In this document: in pieces, positions 46,065-54,212 of the stretch | Layout: each line of letters opens with the position of its first letter | Position numbering within the stretch: position 1 is the first letter of the stretch | Assembly: GCA_044868695.1 (NCBI GenBank) | Contig: JBIOWP010000015.1 | Location: 1 to 54,212 of the forward strand | DNA: 54,212 nucleotides | Source: a bacterium | GTDB taxonomy: Bacteria > Sysuimicrobiota > Sysuimicrobiia > Sysuimicrobiales > Kaftiobacteriaceae | Reading direction: 5' to 3' | The notes under the pieces: model-generated | What the model was told of the DNA's origin: nothing | Databases searched by the model: none | Seen by the model: only the letters and a program-made list of their open reading frames with translations | Made by a program: the position numbers and the translations under genes

Positions 46065-46863
46065 GCAGGCGGCCTCGCGGAGCCCCAAGCCTCTCTCCCC
46101 GCGGCTCGCCGTCGCGGGCGAGCAGCTGATCGCCGTGCTCTCTCCGCTGATGCTCATCATGGTGTGGGAGGCGCTCGTCAGGGTCCGGGTGCTGGACGCG
46201 CGGTTCTTTCCCGCGCCGTCCTCGATCGTGGGGACGTTCGGCGACCTCCTAGCATCGGGTGAGCTCTTCGGCCACGTCGCGGCGAGCCTGCGGCGCGTGG
46301 TGCTGGGACTCCTGGTGGGGGGAGCACCGGCGCTGGTCCTCGGCCTGGTGATGGGACTGTCGCGCTGGGCCCGCGCCGCGTTGAATCCAATCGTCGCGGC
46401 CACGTACCCGATCCCCAAAAGCGCGATCCTACCGCTGGTCATGCTCATCTTCGGCCTCGGCGACGCCTCCAAGGTAGCGCTGGTCGCGATCGGCGTCTTC
46501 TACCTGGTGCTCATCAACACGATGGCCGGCGTCTTGAACATCCAGCCCATCTTCCTCGACGTGGGCCGCAACCTGGGCGCCAGCCGGCTGCAGGTCTTTC
46601 TGACGATCGCGCTGCCGGGCGCGCTCCCGTTGATCTTCGCCGGCCTCCGGCTGGGTCTGGGGATCGCGCTGATCTTGATCGTTATCGCGGAGATCGTCGG
46701 GGCGCGGAATGGGATCGGCTACATGATCTGGCAGGCCTGGACCATCTTCACGGTGGAACGTATGTATGTCGGGCTCGTCGTGATCGCGATGCTCGGGTGG
46801 CTGGCCGCCCTCATCCTCGACGCCGTCGAGCGACGCCTGATCCCATGGAACCCCAGACGGTAG
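46042..46863 (+). CDS. NitT/TauT-family ABC permease
   Basis: PAPSSI, PIPKSAILP, LPGALP and AEIVGA motifs. Confidence 0.92.
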   Translation: MRVSRVTEQAASRSPKPLSPRLAVAGEQLIAVLSPLMLIMVWEALVRVRVLDARFFPAPSSIVGTFGDLLASGELFGHVAASLRRVVLGLLVGGAPALVLGLVMGLSRWARAALNPIVAATYPIPKSAILPLVMLIFGLGDASKVALVAIGVFYLVLINTMAGVLNIQPIFLDVGRNLGASRLQVFLTIALPGALPLIFAGLRLGLGIALILIVIAEIVGARNGIGYMIWQAWTIFTVERMYVGLVVIAMLGWLAALILDAVERRLIPWNPRR

Positions 46864-46877
46864 GTGGCGGCCACCTT

Positions 46878-47918
46878 ATGATGTCCGCGAAGCACATCGA
46901 TATCTCCGCGCACATCCTGCCCGCCCGATACTTCGATGCGATGGTGGCAACGGCGCCCGCGGGCTTCTACATGCAGAAGCGTGTGTCAGGGATCCCCACG
47001 CTTGTCGACCTCGACACGCGCTTCACGATTATGGATCGCTTTCCCGACTACGTTCAGGTCCTGAGCCTGGCCCTGCCTCCCATCGAAGCGGTGGCGCCTG
47101 TGGGGAAGAGCGTGGGCCTGGCCCGCATCGCGAACGAGGAACTGGCGGCTCTCGTGGCGGCGCACCCCGACCGGTTCGCCGGAGCGGTGGCCGGGCTGCC
47201 GCTGAATGACGTGGACGCGTCGCTGCGCGAGCTGGACCACGCGGTGCGCCGCCTCGGCCTGCGCGGCGCCCAGATCTTCACCCATGTGAACGGGAAGCCG
47301 CTCGACTCGCCCGAGTTCCTGCCGGTGTTCGAGGCGGTCGCCGCGCTCGACGTCCCGGTCTGGCTGCATCCGGCCCGCGGCGCCACCCCGCCGGACTACC
47401 CGGACGAGAAGAAGTCGCTCTATGAGATCTGGCACGTCTTCGGTTGGCCGTTTGACACGACGATCGCCATGACGCGCCTGATCTTCAGCGGGCTCCTCGA
47501 CCGCTTCCCGGGGCTGAAGGTAATTACCCACCACCTGGGCGGCACCGTGCCGTTCCTGGAATCCCGGATCAAGAACGCCTATGATCAGTTCGGCGCCCGG
47601 ACCGCCGACGAGGACTACGCGGCGCTGCTGCGCACGCTGCGGAAGCACCCGCACGAGTACTACCGGATGTTCTATGCCGACACGGCGCTGTATGGCTCGC
47701 CGCCGGCGCTCGAGTGCGGCCTCGCGTTCTTCGGCCCGGACCACGTCTTGTTCGGCAGCGACATGCCGTTTGACGCCGAGGGCGGGGCGCGCTACATCCG
47801 GGAGACGCTCCGCGCGATCGAGGCGATGGACGCGTCTGCAGAAGACAAGCAGCGGATGCTCAGAGGGAATGCCGTGCGGCTGCTGGGCCTGGACGGCGGG
47901 AGGGGGGCAGGAGGATGA
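46878..47918 (+). CDS. Amidohydrolase-2 family protein (ACMSD-like decarboxylase/hydratase)
   Basis: IDISAH, WLHP, HHLGG and FGSDMPF motifs. Confidence 0.88.
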   Translation: MMSAKHIDISAHILPARYFDAMVATAPAGFYMQKRVSGIPTLVDLDTRFTIMDRFPDYVQVLSLALPPIEAVAPVGKSVGLARIANEELAALVAAHPDRFAGAVAGLPLNDVDASLRELDHAVRRLGLRGAQIFTHVNGKPLDSPEFLPVFEAVAALDVPVWLHPARGATPPDYPDEKKSLYEIWHVFGWPFDTTIAMTRLIFSGLLDRFPGLKVITHHLGGTVPFLESRIKNAYDQFGARTADEDYAALLRTLRKHPHEYYRMFYADTALYGSPPALECGLAFFGPDHVLFGSDMPFDAEGGARYIRETLRAIEAMDASAEDKQRMLRGNAVRLLGLDGGRGAGG

Positions 47919-48943
47919 TGCGCCGGGTGAGGTCGATCGGTGGTGTTCTCGCGGCGATCGTGCTGCTGGCGGGGACGGCGGGTGGCCAGATCCCGATGTC
48001 CACCCTGCGGATCGGGGTGGTGGCCTCGGTCAGCGACGCCGGATTCTTCGTCCCGGTTGAGCAGGGGTACTTTGAGGAGCAGGCGCTGACCATCGAATTC
48101 CTGCCGTTTCGTTCGGCCGCGGACATGATCGCCCCGCTGGGAGTGGGACAGCTGGATATCGGCGGGGGCGCGGTCAGCGCCGGGTTGTTCAACGCGCTCG
48201 CGCGCGGCGTGGACCTGCGCATCGTGGCCGACAAGGGCACGATTCGAGAGGGGCAGAGCTACGAGGCCCTCATCATCCGGCGCGACCTTGTGGAGAGCGG
48301 CCGGTTCAAGACCCTGGCGGATCTGAAGGGGCTGCGCATCGGCCTGGCGGCGCGGGGGATTTCTCCCCACATCGACCTGGTGATGTTCGCCCAACGGGCC
48401 GGCCTGCGGGCAGACGACGTTGAGATCACGATCATGGCTTTTCCCGACATGGTCCCGGCGATGGCCAACAAGGCGCTGGACGGCGCGCTGCTCATCGAGC
48501 CGTTCAGGACGCAGGCTCTCGAGCAGCAGATCGGCGTCTTCATCGAGAGCGCGGACAAAATCTACCCCAACCACCAGGTCGCGGTGGTCCTCTACGCGCC
48601 CCAGATGCGCCGCCAGAAGTTGGACGCGGGCCGGCGGTTCATGGTGGCCTACCTGCAGGGCGTGAGGGACTTCAACGACGCCTTTGTCAAGAAGCAGCCT
48701 CAGCAGCGGCGCGCGGTGATTGCGGCCATGGCGAAGCACACCGCCGTGAAGGATGTCGCGCTCTATGAGAAGATGGTCATGCCGTGGCTCGACCCCGACG
48801 GCACGGTCAACCGTCAGAGCCTGCGCTTCGATCAGGAGTGGTACGCGCAGAACGGTTTCGTGCCCACCAAGGCGAACATCAGCTTGATCGTTGATGACCG
48901 CTTCGTGCTGCACGCGCTGCAGCGCCTGGGCCGATACCGGTAA
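47915..48943 (+). CDS. NitT/TauT (SsuA/THI5-like) ABC substrate-binding protein
   Basis: Signal peptide; GYFEEQAL, ADLKG and IEPF motifs. Confidence 0.9.
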   Translation: MMRRVRSIGGVLAAIVLLAGTAGGQIPMSTLRIGVVASVSDAGFFVPVEQGYFEEQALTIEFLPFRSAADMIAPLGVGQLDIGGGAVSAGLFNALARGVDLRIVADKGTIREGQSYEALIIRRDLVESGRFKTLADLKGLRIGLAARGISPHIDLVMFAQRAGLRADDVEITIMAFPDMVPAMANKALDGALLIEPFRTQALEQQIGVFIESADKIYPNHQVAVVLYAPQMRRQKLDAGRRFMVAYLQGVRDFNDAFVKKQPQQRRAVIAAMAKHTAVKDVALYEKMVMPWLDPDGTVNRQSLRFDQEWYAQNGFVPTKANISLIVDDRFVLHALQRLGRYR

Positions 48944-48953
48944 GGAGGTCGCG

Positions 48954-50474
48954 ATGCTGGAGCTGATTACCGGGCCGATGACCGGCAAGCAGTATCTGGA
49001 CAGCCTGCAGGACGGGCGGGAAGTGTACATCTATGGCGAGCGCGTCACGGACGTTGTGACCCACCCCGCGTTCCGCAACGCGGCCCGCTCGATCGCCCGC
49101 CTCTACGATGCCCTGCACGATCCCAAGCACAAGGAGACGCTGCTCGGGACGGACCGCCAGGGCATTCTCACGCACAAGTTCTTCAAACCCAGCTACTCGG
49201 CCCAGGAGCTGCTCGAAGCCCGGGAGGCCATCGTCACCTGGGCGCGCTTCTCGTACGGGTTCATGGGGCGCACGCCGGACTACAAGGCCTCGTTCATGGC
49301 GACGCTCGGCGCCGCGCCCGACTTCTACGAGCCGTTCGGCAAGAACGCCGCGCAGTGGTACCGCGAGTACGCGACGAAGGTGCTCTTCCTCAATCACGTC
49401 ATCGTTAATCCTCCGGTCGACCGCAACCGGCCGGTCCATGAGGTGGCCGACGTCTACGTTCACGTCGTCCGGGAGACCGACGGCGGCATCATCGTCAGCG
49501 GGGCAAAGATGCTGGCCACGGGATCCGCCCTCACGCATGCCACCTTCGTGGCGCAGAACAGCGCCACCCAGCTCGAGCAGGGGAAGGCCGAGGACTACGC
49601 GCTGGTCTTTCTTGCACCGCTCAATACCCGGGGACAGAAGCTGGTCTGCCGCACCTCGTACGAGGCGGGCGCGACCAGCCCGTTTGACTACCCGCTCAGC
49701 AGCCGCTTCGACGAGAACGACGCCGTGCTCGTGTTCGACAACGCGTTCATCCCCTGGGAGAACGTCCTGGTGTACCGGGACATCGACAAGGCCACGGGAT
49801 TCTATGCGGCATCGGGATTCCTCAACCGCTACAACTTCCAGTCCCTGACGCGCCTGGCCGTCAAGCTCGACTTCATGTGCGGTCTGCTCGCCAAGGGGCT
49901 GGCGGCGACGGGGACCGAGGTCTACCGGGGCGTACAGGCCAACCTGGGCGAGGTCATGGGCTGGCGGCACCTGATCTGGGCCCTGACCTCGGCGATGGCT
50001 CTCGATCCTCAGCCGGGACCCGGAGGGAGTGTGCTGCCGAAGACCGAGTATGCGGCAGCCGGCCGGCTGTTCGCAACGCTGGCGTGGCCGCGCGTTAAGG
50101 AAATCTTCGAGCTGGTCCTGGGCGGCGGCCCGATCGTCGTCCCCTCGAGCTACAAGGACCTGAAGAGCGACGAGCTGCGCCCGATCCTGGAGCGGTTCTA
50201 CCGCGGGTCGGACAGCTCAGCGGAGGACCGGATCAAGCTGTTCAAGTTGATCTGGGATGCGATCGGGACCGAGTTCGGCGGGCGCCACGAGCTCTACGAG
50301 CGCAACTACTCCGGCAACCACGAGCAGATGCGGGTGGACCTGCTGAACCTGGCCAAGCGTCGCGGCCTGCTCGACGCCTTTACGGCGTTCGTCGATCAAT
50401 GCATGGCTGAATACGGTGTGGACGGGTGGAAGACCCCCACGTGGACCTGGAAGGGGCAGGAACTCCCCCGCTGA
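48954..50474 (+). CDS. FADH2-dependent aromatic monooxygenase, oxygenase component (HpaB/phenol hydroxylase family)
   Basis: YLDSLQDGREVY, GRTPDY, VSGAKMLAT, DYPLSSRFDENDA and GGRHELYE motifs. Confidence 0.93.
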   Translation: MLELITGPMTGKQYLDSLQDGREVYIYGERVTDVVTHPAFRNAARSIARLYDALHDPKHKETLLGTDRQGILTHKFFKPSYSAQELLEAREAIVTWARFSYGFMGRTPDYKASFMATLGAAPDFYEPFGKNAAQWYREYATKVLFLNHVIVNPPVDRNRPVHEVADVYVHVVRETDGGIIVSGAKMLATGSALTHATFVAQNSATQLEQGKAEDYALVFLAPLNTRGQKLVCRTSYEAGATSPFDYPLSSRFDENDAVLVFDNAFIPWENVLVYRDIDKATGFYAASGFLNRYNFQSLTRLAVKLDFMCGLLAKGLAATGTEVYRGVQANLGEVMGWRHLIWALTSAMALDPQPGPGGSVLPKTEYAAAGRLFATLAWPRVKEIFELVLGGGPIVVPSSYKDLKSDELRPILERFYRGSDSSAEDRIKLFKLIWDAIGTEFGGRHELYERNYSGNHEQMRVDLLNLAKRRGLLDAFTAFVDQCMAEYGVDGWKTPTWTWKGQELPR

Positions 50475-50476
50475 CG

Positions 50477-51484
50477 TCACGCAAGGCAGATCAGCGCATC
50501 CACGCCACGGGCAAACGCTCCCGCCGGCCACGGAATCTCCAGTGCCTGCCAGGTCTGCCCGGCATCCGCCGAGCGGAATGCGCCGTGGTTGTTCGCCGCG
50601 TAGATGACGCCCGGTTCGCGGGGATTCGTCGCGAGGCGGCTCGCAATCGTCCCGTGACCGTCGGGGAGCCCCACCATGGCCGGTTGGAACACTCCCCGCG
50701 CCGGCTTGCGGTAGACGTAGGCTTCAGCCCTATTGGGACTGTACGCGACGAATGGTCCGGACGCGGCGGAGACCACCACGGTGTCCGGATCTCCGGGATC
50801 GACCGCGACACCGACCAGGTAGCGGTGCCGCAGCCCATCGACCTGACGCGTCCAGCTCTCGCCTCCATCCGCACTCTCGAAATAGCCGTCGCCTGCGGCC
50901 GAGTACACGCGGCCCGCGGCCCTCGTGTGGGTGGCGGCGGAGTGCGTGTCGATGGGTCCTCCGCGCACCCGGTCGAGCCACGTCCGGCCGCCGTCGAGCG
51001 TGCGGACGAGGGCGCCGGCTTCAATCGCGACAAATACCCTGCCGGCAACAACGGGGTCGGGTTCGATCCACCTCACATGATGGGTGTCCGGGCGCGGCGG
51101 AAAACTCCACGACCCTGCGGATGGGAGCGCCCGCAGGCCCGCCAGCTCGCTCCATGTTTCCCCCCCATTGTCGGAACGAAAGACCGCGCTTGGCTCAGTC
51201 CCCGCATAGACAACACCGCGTTCTGCCGGACTGACCGCAACGGCGGTGATCTCGCCGTACGAAATTCCAGACCCCGCCGGCTCCCATCGCCCGCCGCCGT
51301 CGTCGCTGCGCCAGAGTCCGCCGCCCCAGGTCCCGCAGTACACCCGTCCGCTCTGGTGTGGGTCAACGGCCAGGCACTCGGGGGAGGTGTCCCGCAGATG
51401 TTCTTCCATCGTCCAGCGCGAGGCGTGACGCGCGACCAGCAGCGCGCGCTCCGTGGCCAGCAAGAGCGCGGTCGTGTGTCTCAT
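50477..51484 (-). CDS. BNR/Asp-box beta-propeller protein
   Basis: Repeated SxDGGxxW Asp-boxes; WSFPPRPDTHH. Confidence 0.85.
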   Translation of the reverse strand: MRHTTALLLATERALLVARHASRWTMEEHLRDTSPECLAVDPHQSGRVYCGTWGGGLWRSDDGGGRWEPAGSGISYGEITAVAVSPAERGVVYAGTEPSAVFRSDNGGETWSELAGLRALPSAGSWSFPPRPDTHHVRWIEPDPVVAGRVFVAIEAGALVRTLDGGRTWLDRVRGGPIDTHSAATHTRAAGRVYSAAGDGYFESADGGESWTRQVDGLRHRYLVGVAVDPGDPDTVVVSAASGPFVAYSPNRAEAYVYRKPARGVFQPAMVGLPDGHGTIASRLATNPREPGVIYAANNHGAFRSADAGQTWQALEIPWPAGAFARGVDALICLA

Positions 51485-51488
51485 GGCG

Positions 51489-52139
51489 TCATGATTCTAA
51501 GTGCTCATGCAAAAACGCGACGGTGCGGTCCCAGGCGAGTTGCGCAGCCTGCGCGTTGAAAGCATCCGGGCGGTCTTTCTCCATGAACCAATGACCTGTC
51601 CCCGGATATGTGTAGAAGGTTGTTGGACGGTTGAGTGCTTTCAGCCCATCTTCCAGTCCCTTTTTCCCCTCGTTGCTCATATACGGATCCGTCTCGGCAA
51701 AGTGGCCGAGATAAGCGGCGTTTGATGGCCGGACATTCCAGCCGTTGCTGTAGAAGATAGTGACCGCCCGGATCAATGCCGGCTTCTCCTGGGCTAGCCA
51801 GCGCGCCCAATACGCGCCGAACGAAAACCCAACGGTCCCGAGCGCATTACCGGTGATGGCGGGGTGTTTGCTCAACTCGTCACAGGCGGACAAGACCAAA
51901 GGAGGCATTTCCTCCGCCTCATTCAACTGCGAATTAAGTTGTTCCGCTTCTTCGATCGTTCGGGCAACCCTTCCAGAAAACAGATCGGGTGCCAGGGCCA
52001 CAAACCCTTCTTGCGCCAACCGGTCGCAGAAATCCCGAAAGAAATCGTTCAATCCCCACCAAGCATGCAGCACAAGCACTCCTGCTCCCTTGCCAGACTG
52101 GGGCACGGCAATGTGTCGGTTGGTTGATTGTTCGGTCAT
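51489..52139 (-). CDS. Dienelactone hydrolase family protein
   Basis: LHAWWGLN, APDL, GFSFG, YPGTGHWF and AWDRT motifs. Confidence 0.9.
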   Translation of the reverse strand: MTEQSTNRHIAVPQSGKGAGVLVLHAWWGLNDFFRDFCDRLAQEGFVALAPDLFSGRVARTIEEAEQLNSQLNEAEEMPPLVLSACDELSKHPAITGNALGTVGFSFGAYWARWLAQEKPALIRAVTIFYSNGWNVRPSNAAYLGHFAETDPYMSNEGKKGLEDGLKALNRPTTFYTYPGTGHWFMEKDRPDAFNAQAAQLAWDRTVAFLHEHLES

Positions 52140-52215
52140 TGATGAAGACCTCCGTCGCGGCGCCTTAACTTCCCTGCAGGCTGGATACTTCCAGTATGAT
52201 GTCTGGGTGACCCCG

Positions 52216-52773
52216 ATGACCACAACCATCCTGTGGCGCAGACTGGACCAACCGGGCCACGAGTCCAGTCGCCTGATCCTGCGTGGTTCGCAATGGCATC
52301 TGATGGGAACGGCCGTCTTTGCCCACGACGATCAGCCGTGCCGGCTGGACTACCTGGTCGTGTGCGATGCGAAGTGGCATACTGCGTCGGGCACTGTCAG
52401 GGGTTGGGTGGGAAGCAAGCTCGTGGAGATCGAGCTGTCTGTTGATGCAGATCGCCGCTGGCGCCTCAATGGCGCCGAGTGTTCCGCGGTGGCGGGCTGC
52501 ATTGACGTTGATCTCAATTTCAGCCCATCCACCAATCTGCTCCCGATCCGCCGCCTTGATCTTGCCGTTGGACAGGCGGCGGAGGTGCGGGCGGCCTGGC
52601 TCCGCTTCCCGACGTTCACCCTGGAGCCGCTCGAACAAGCGTACCGGCGCACCGGTGTCGCGACCTACCGGTACGAGAGCGCGGGTGGGAGCTTCGTCGC
52701 TGAGCTCGAGGTCAACGCGGTGGGGTTCGTCACGCGGTACGCACACTTCTGGGAATCTGAGGCAGGGCACTGA
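52216..52773 (+). CDS. Putative glycolipid-binding domain (DUF1089-type) protein
   Basis: WRRLD.PGHE, GCIDVDLNFSPSTNLLPIRRL and YRYES motifs. Confidence 0.85.
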   Translation: MTTTILWRRLDQPGHESSRLILRGSQWHLMGTAVFAHDDQPCRLDYLVVCDAKWHTASGTVRGWVGSKLVEIELSVDADRRWRLNGAECSAVAGCIDVDLNFSPSTNLLPIRRLDLAVGQAAEVRAAWLRFPTFTLEPLEQAYRRTGVATYRYESAGGSFVAELEVNAVGFVTRYAHFWESEAGH

Positions 52774-52843
52774 AGGCGGGTGAGTCTTTACCTAGGCCCG
52801 TCAAACAAGTGCCGACGACAAGCCTCCTCATGGTCCCCTCCAG

Positions 52844-53320
52844 TCATCCGCCCTGCTCGTAGGCCTGGCGCAGCGTCTTGATGTCGATCTTCTTCATCTG
52901 AAGCATGGCTTCCATGACGCGCTTCGATTTCCGGCGGTCCGGGTCGTTCAGCATCTCGCCCAGGATCGTGGGATTGACCTGCCACGACAGGCCGTATCTG
53001 TCTTTCAACCAGCCGCAGGGTCCTTCTTCCCCACCCGCTGAGAGTCTTTTCCAATACTGATCTACTTCTTCTTGCGTTTTGCAGTCCACGGAGAGCGATA
53101 CGGCCTCGGTGAACTTGAATTGCGGCCCGCCGTTCAGCGCGATGAATTCCTGTCCGTTGAGTTGAAACACCACGGTCATCACACTGCCTTTAGGGCCGGG
53201 CCCTGCGTCTCCGTAGCGGGTGATCGTCACAATCTTCGAGTTTGGAAAAATCGAGACATAGAAGCGCGCGGCCTCCTCGGCCTGATGGTCGAACCACAAG
53301 AACGGCGAGATCTTGGGCAT
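52844..53320 (-). CDS. VOC/PhnB-family protein (3-dmu-9_3-mt domain)
   Basis: PFLWF, ALNGGP and [13 protein letters not shown] motifs. Confidence 0.92.
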   Translation of the reverse strand: MPKISPFLWFDHQAEEAARFYVSIFPNSKIVTITRYGDAGPGPKGSVMTVVFQLNGQEFIALNGGPQFKFTEAVSLSVDCKTQEEVDQYWKRLSAGGEEGPCGWLKDRYGLSWQVNPTILGEMLNDPDRRKSKRVMEAMLQMKKIDIKTLRQAYEQGG

Positions 53321-53349
53321 CTCGGTTGCCTCCCGATGGATGTCAACTG

Positions 53350-53709
53350 TTAGGCCTCAACCAGCACCTTGAACCCTCCGTAGACCATGCGCTTCATGTC
53401 GAACGGCATCGGCCCCTGGTCGTTCATCAACGGGTCTTTCATCACCCTGGCATTAACGCGATCGCGGTGCGCGCGTGACTTGAAGACAACGAATGAAAAC
53501 ACCACCGTCTCGCTAGGCTTCGCGCGCACCGTTCGTGGGAACTTAATGCTCGCCCACTTCGGGCTGAGATCGTCCCCGACACACTCGAAGTACTCCAAGG
53601 CGCCGTACTTCCGCCAGACCTTTCCCGCCTGCTGCGCGATCCGGCGGTAGGCACGCAGGTTCTTCCTCGGGACAGGCAACACATACCCATCGACATACCG
53701 CACGTACAT
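53350..53709 (-). CDS. DUF1428 (YbaA-like) protein
   Basis: [16 protein letters not shown] and [13 protein letters not shown] motifs. Confidence 0.92.
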   Translation of the reverse strand: MYVRYVDGYVLPVPRKNLRAYRRIAQQAGKVWRKYGALEYFECVGDDLSPKWASIKFPRTVRAKPSETVVFSFVVFKSRAHRDRVNARVMKDPLMNDQGPMPFDMKRMVYGGFKVLVEA

Positions 53710-53747
53710 CCCCCCTCACGTGGTCTGTGGTGTCTCCATCGAGGGTC

Positions 53748-54182
53748 TTATCTTTCTTTCGGAGAGCTGTAGTTCACCATCCACTGCACGCCGAATTTGT
53801 CCTTACAGGCGCCGTAGTAGTCACCCCACACCTGGTCGGCGATGGGCATCTCGATTGTTCCGCCCCGGGAGAGGGCGGCGAAGATCCTGTCTGCTTCCTT
53901 TTTGGTCTCCGGATGAACCGAAACGTAGACGTTGTTGCCCTGGACCAGGTTTTGTCCAAGCGACTGGAGCGAATCGCTCGCCATGAGCACACTGTCCTTG
54001 CCGATCGGCAAGCCGATGTGCATGATCTTACTTTCATCCTGCTTCGGGATTTTGACGCCTTCCACCGGCATGTCTTTGAAGCGGACCACAGAGGTAAAGT
54101 CCCCGCCGAAGACGGATCTGTAGAAGTTGAACGCCTCTTCCGTATTGCCCGCAAAGTTGAGATAGGGATGGAGTTTTGCCAT
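53748..54182 (-). CDS. VOC/PhnB (YjdN-like) protein
   Basis: PYLNFAGNTEEAFNFY, IMH and WGDYYG..DKFGVQWM motifs. Confidence 0.92.
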   Translation of the reverse strand: MAKLHPYLNFAGNTEEAFNFYRSVFGGDFTSVVRFKDMPVEGVKIPKQDESKIMHIGLPIGKDSVLMASDSLQSLGQNLVQGNNVYVSVHPETKKEADRIFAALSRGGTIEMPIADQVWGDYYGACKDKFGVQWMVNYSSPKER

Positions 54183-54212
54183 CGTATTCTACCCCCCGTT
54201 ATGGTGTCTCGT

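Noticed and set aside
52844..53320. Ubiquinone methyltransferase
   Set aside because: The family name is a legacy label; the sequence is a VOC/PhnB fold with no SAM-binding motif

Overview
A high-GC bacterial chromosomal segment of about 57 CDS and 2 tRNAs, with no CRISPR array, integrase or transposase. The lineage cannot be determined from the sequence; the gene style suggests an uncultured soil or sediment lineage such as CSP1-3/Armatimonadota, but that is only a guess. Main blocks: (1) 189-5306: a sigma-54-type promoter and tandem c-di-GMP-I riboswitches precede three uncharacterised genes, which converge on a histidine kinase -> response regulator -> REC-GAF-HD-GYP operon. (2) 5424-18275: a peptide ABC transporter divergent from a muropeptide/amino-sugar salvage cluster (serine hydrolase, NagZ, sugar ABC, GH20, DUF4127). 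(3) tRNA-Asn, AlkD-like repair gene, AI-2E transporter and a dgt/molybdoenzyme operon. (4) tRNA-Ala with a ~1 kb islet bounded by a decayed copy of the tRNA 3' end. (5) A TM/coiled-coil protein plus vWA lipoprotein pair, followed by a MASE1-GGDEF-PilZ protein. (6) 39647-50474: an aromatic-oxidation cluster (HpaC/HpaB-like, MetE-like, amidohydrolase, two ABC importers). (7) VOC/DUF1428 genes. The top lead is the MASE1-GGDEF-PilZ protein. Its GGDEF domain has the Hypr (3',3'-cGAMP synthase) Asp->Thr signature, and its PilZ domain has Thr in place of the guanine-reading Asp/Asn. Together these suggest a self-contained cGAMP synthase/sensor.
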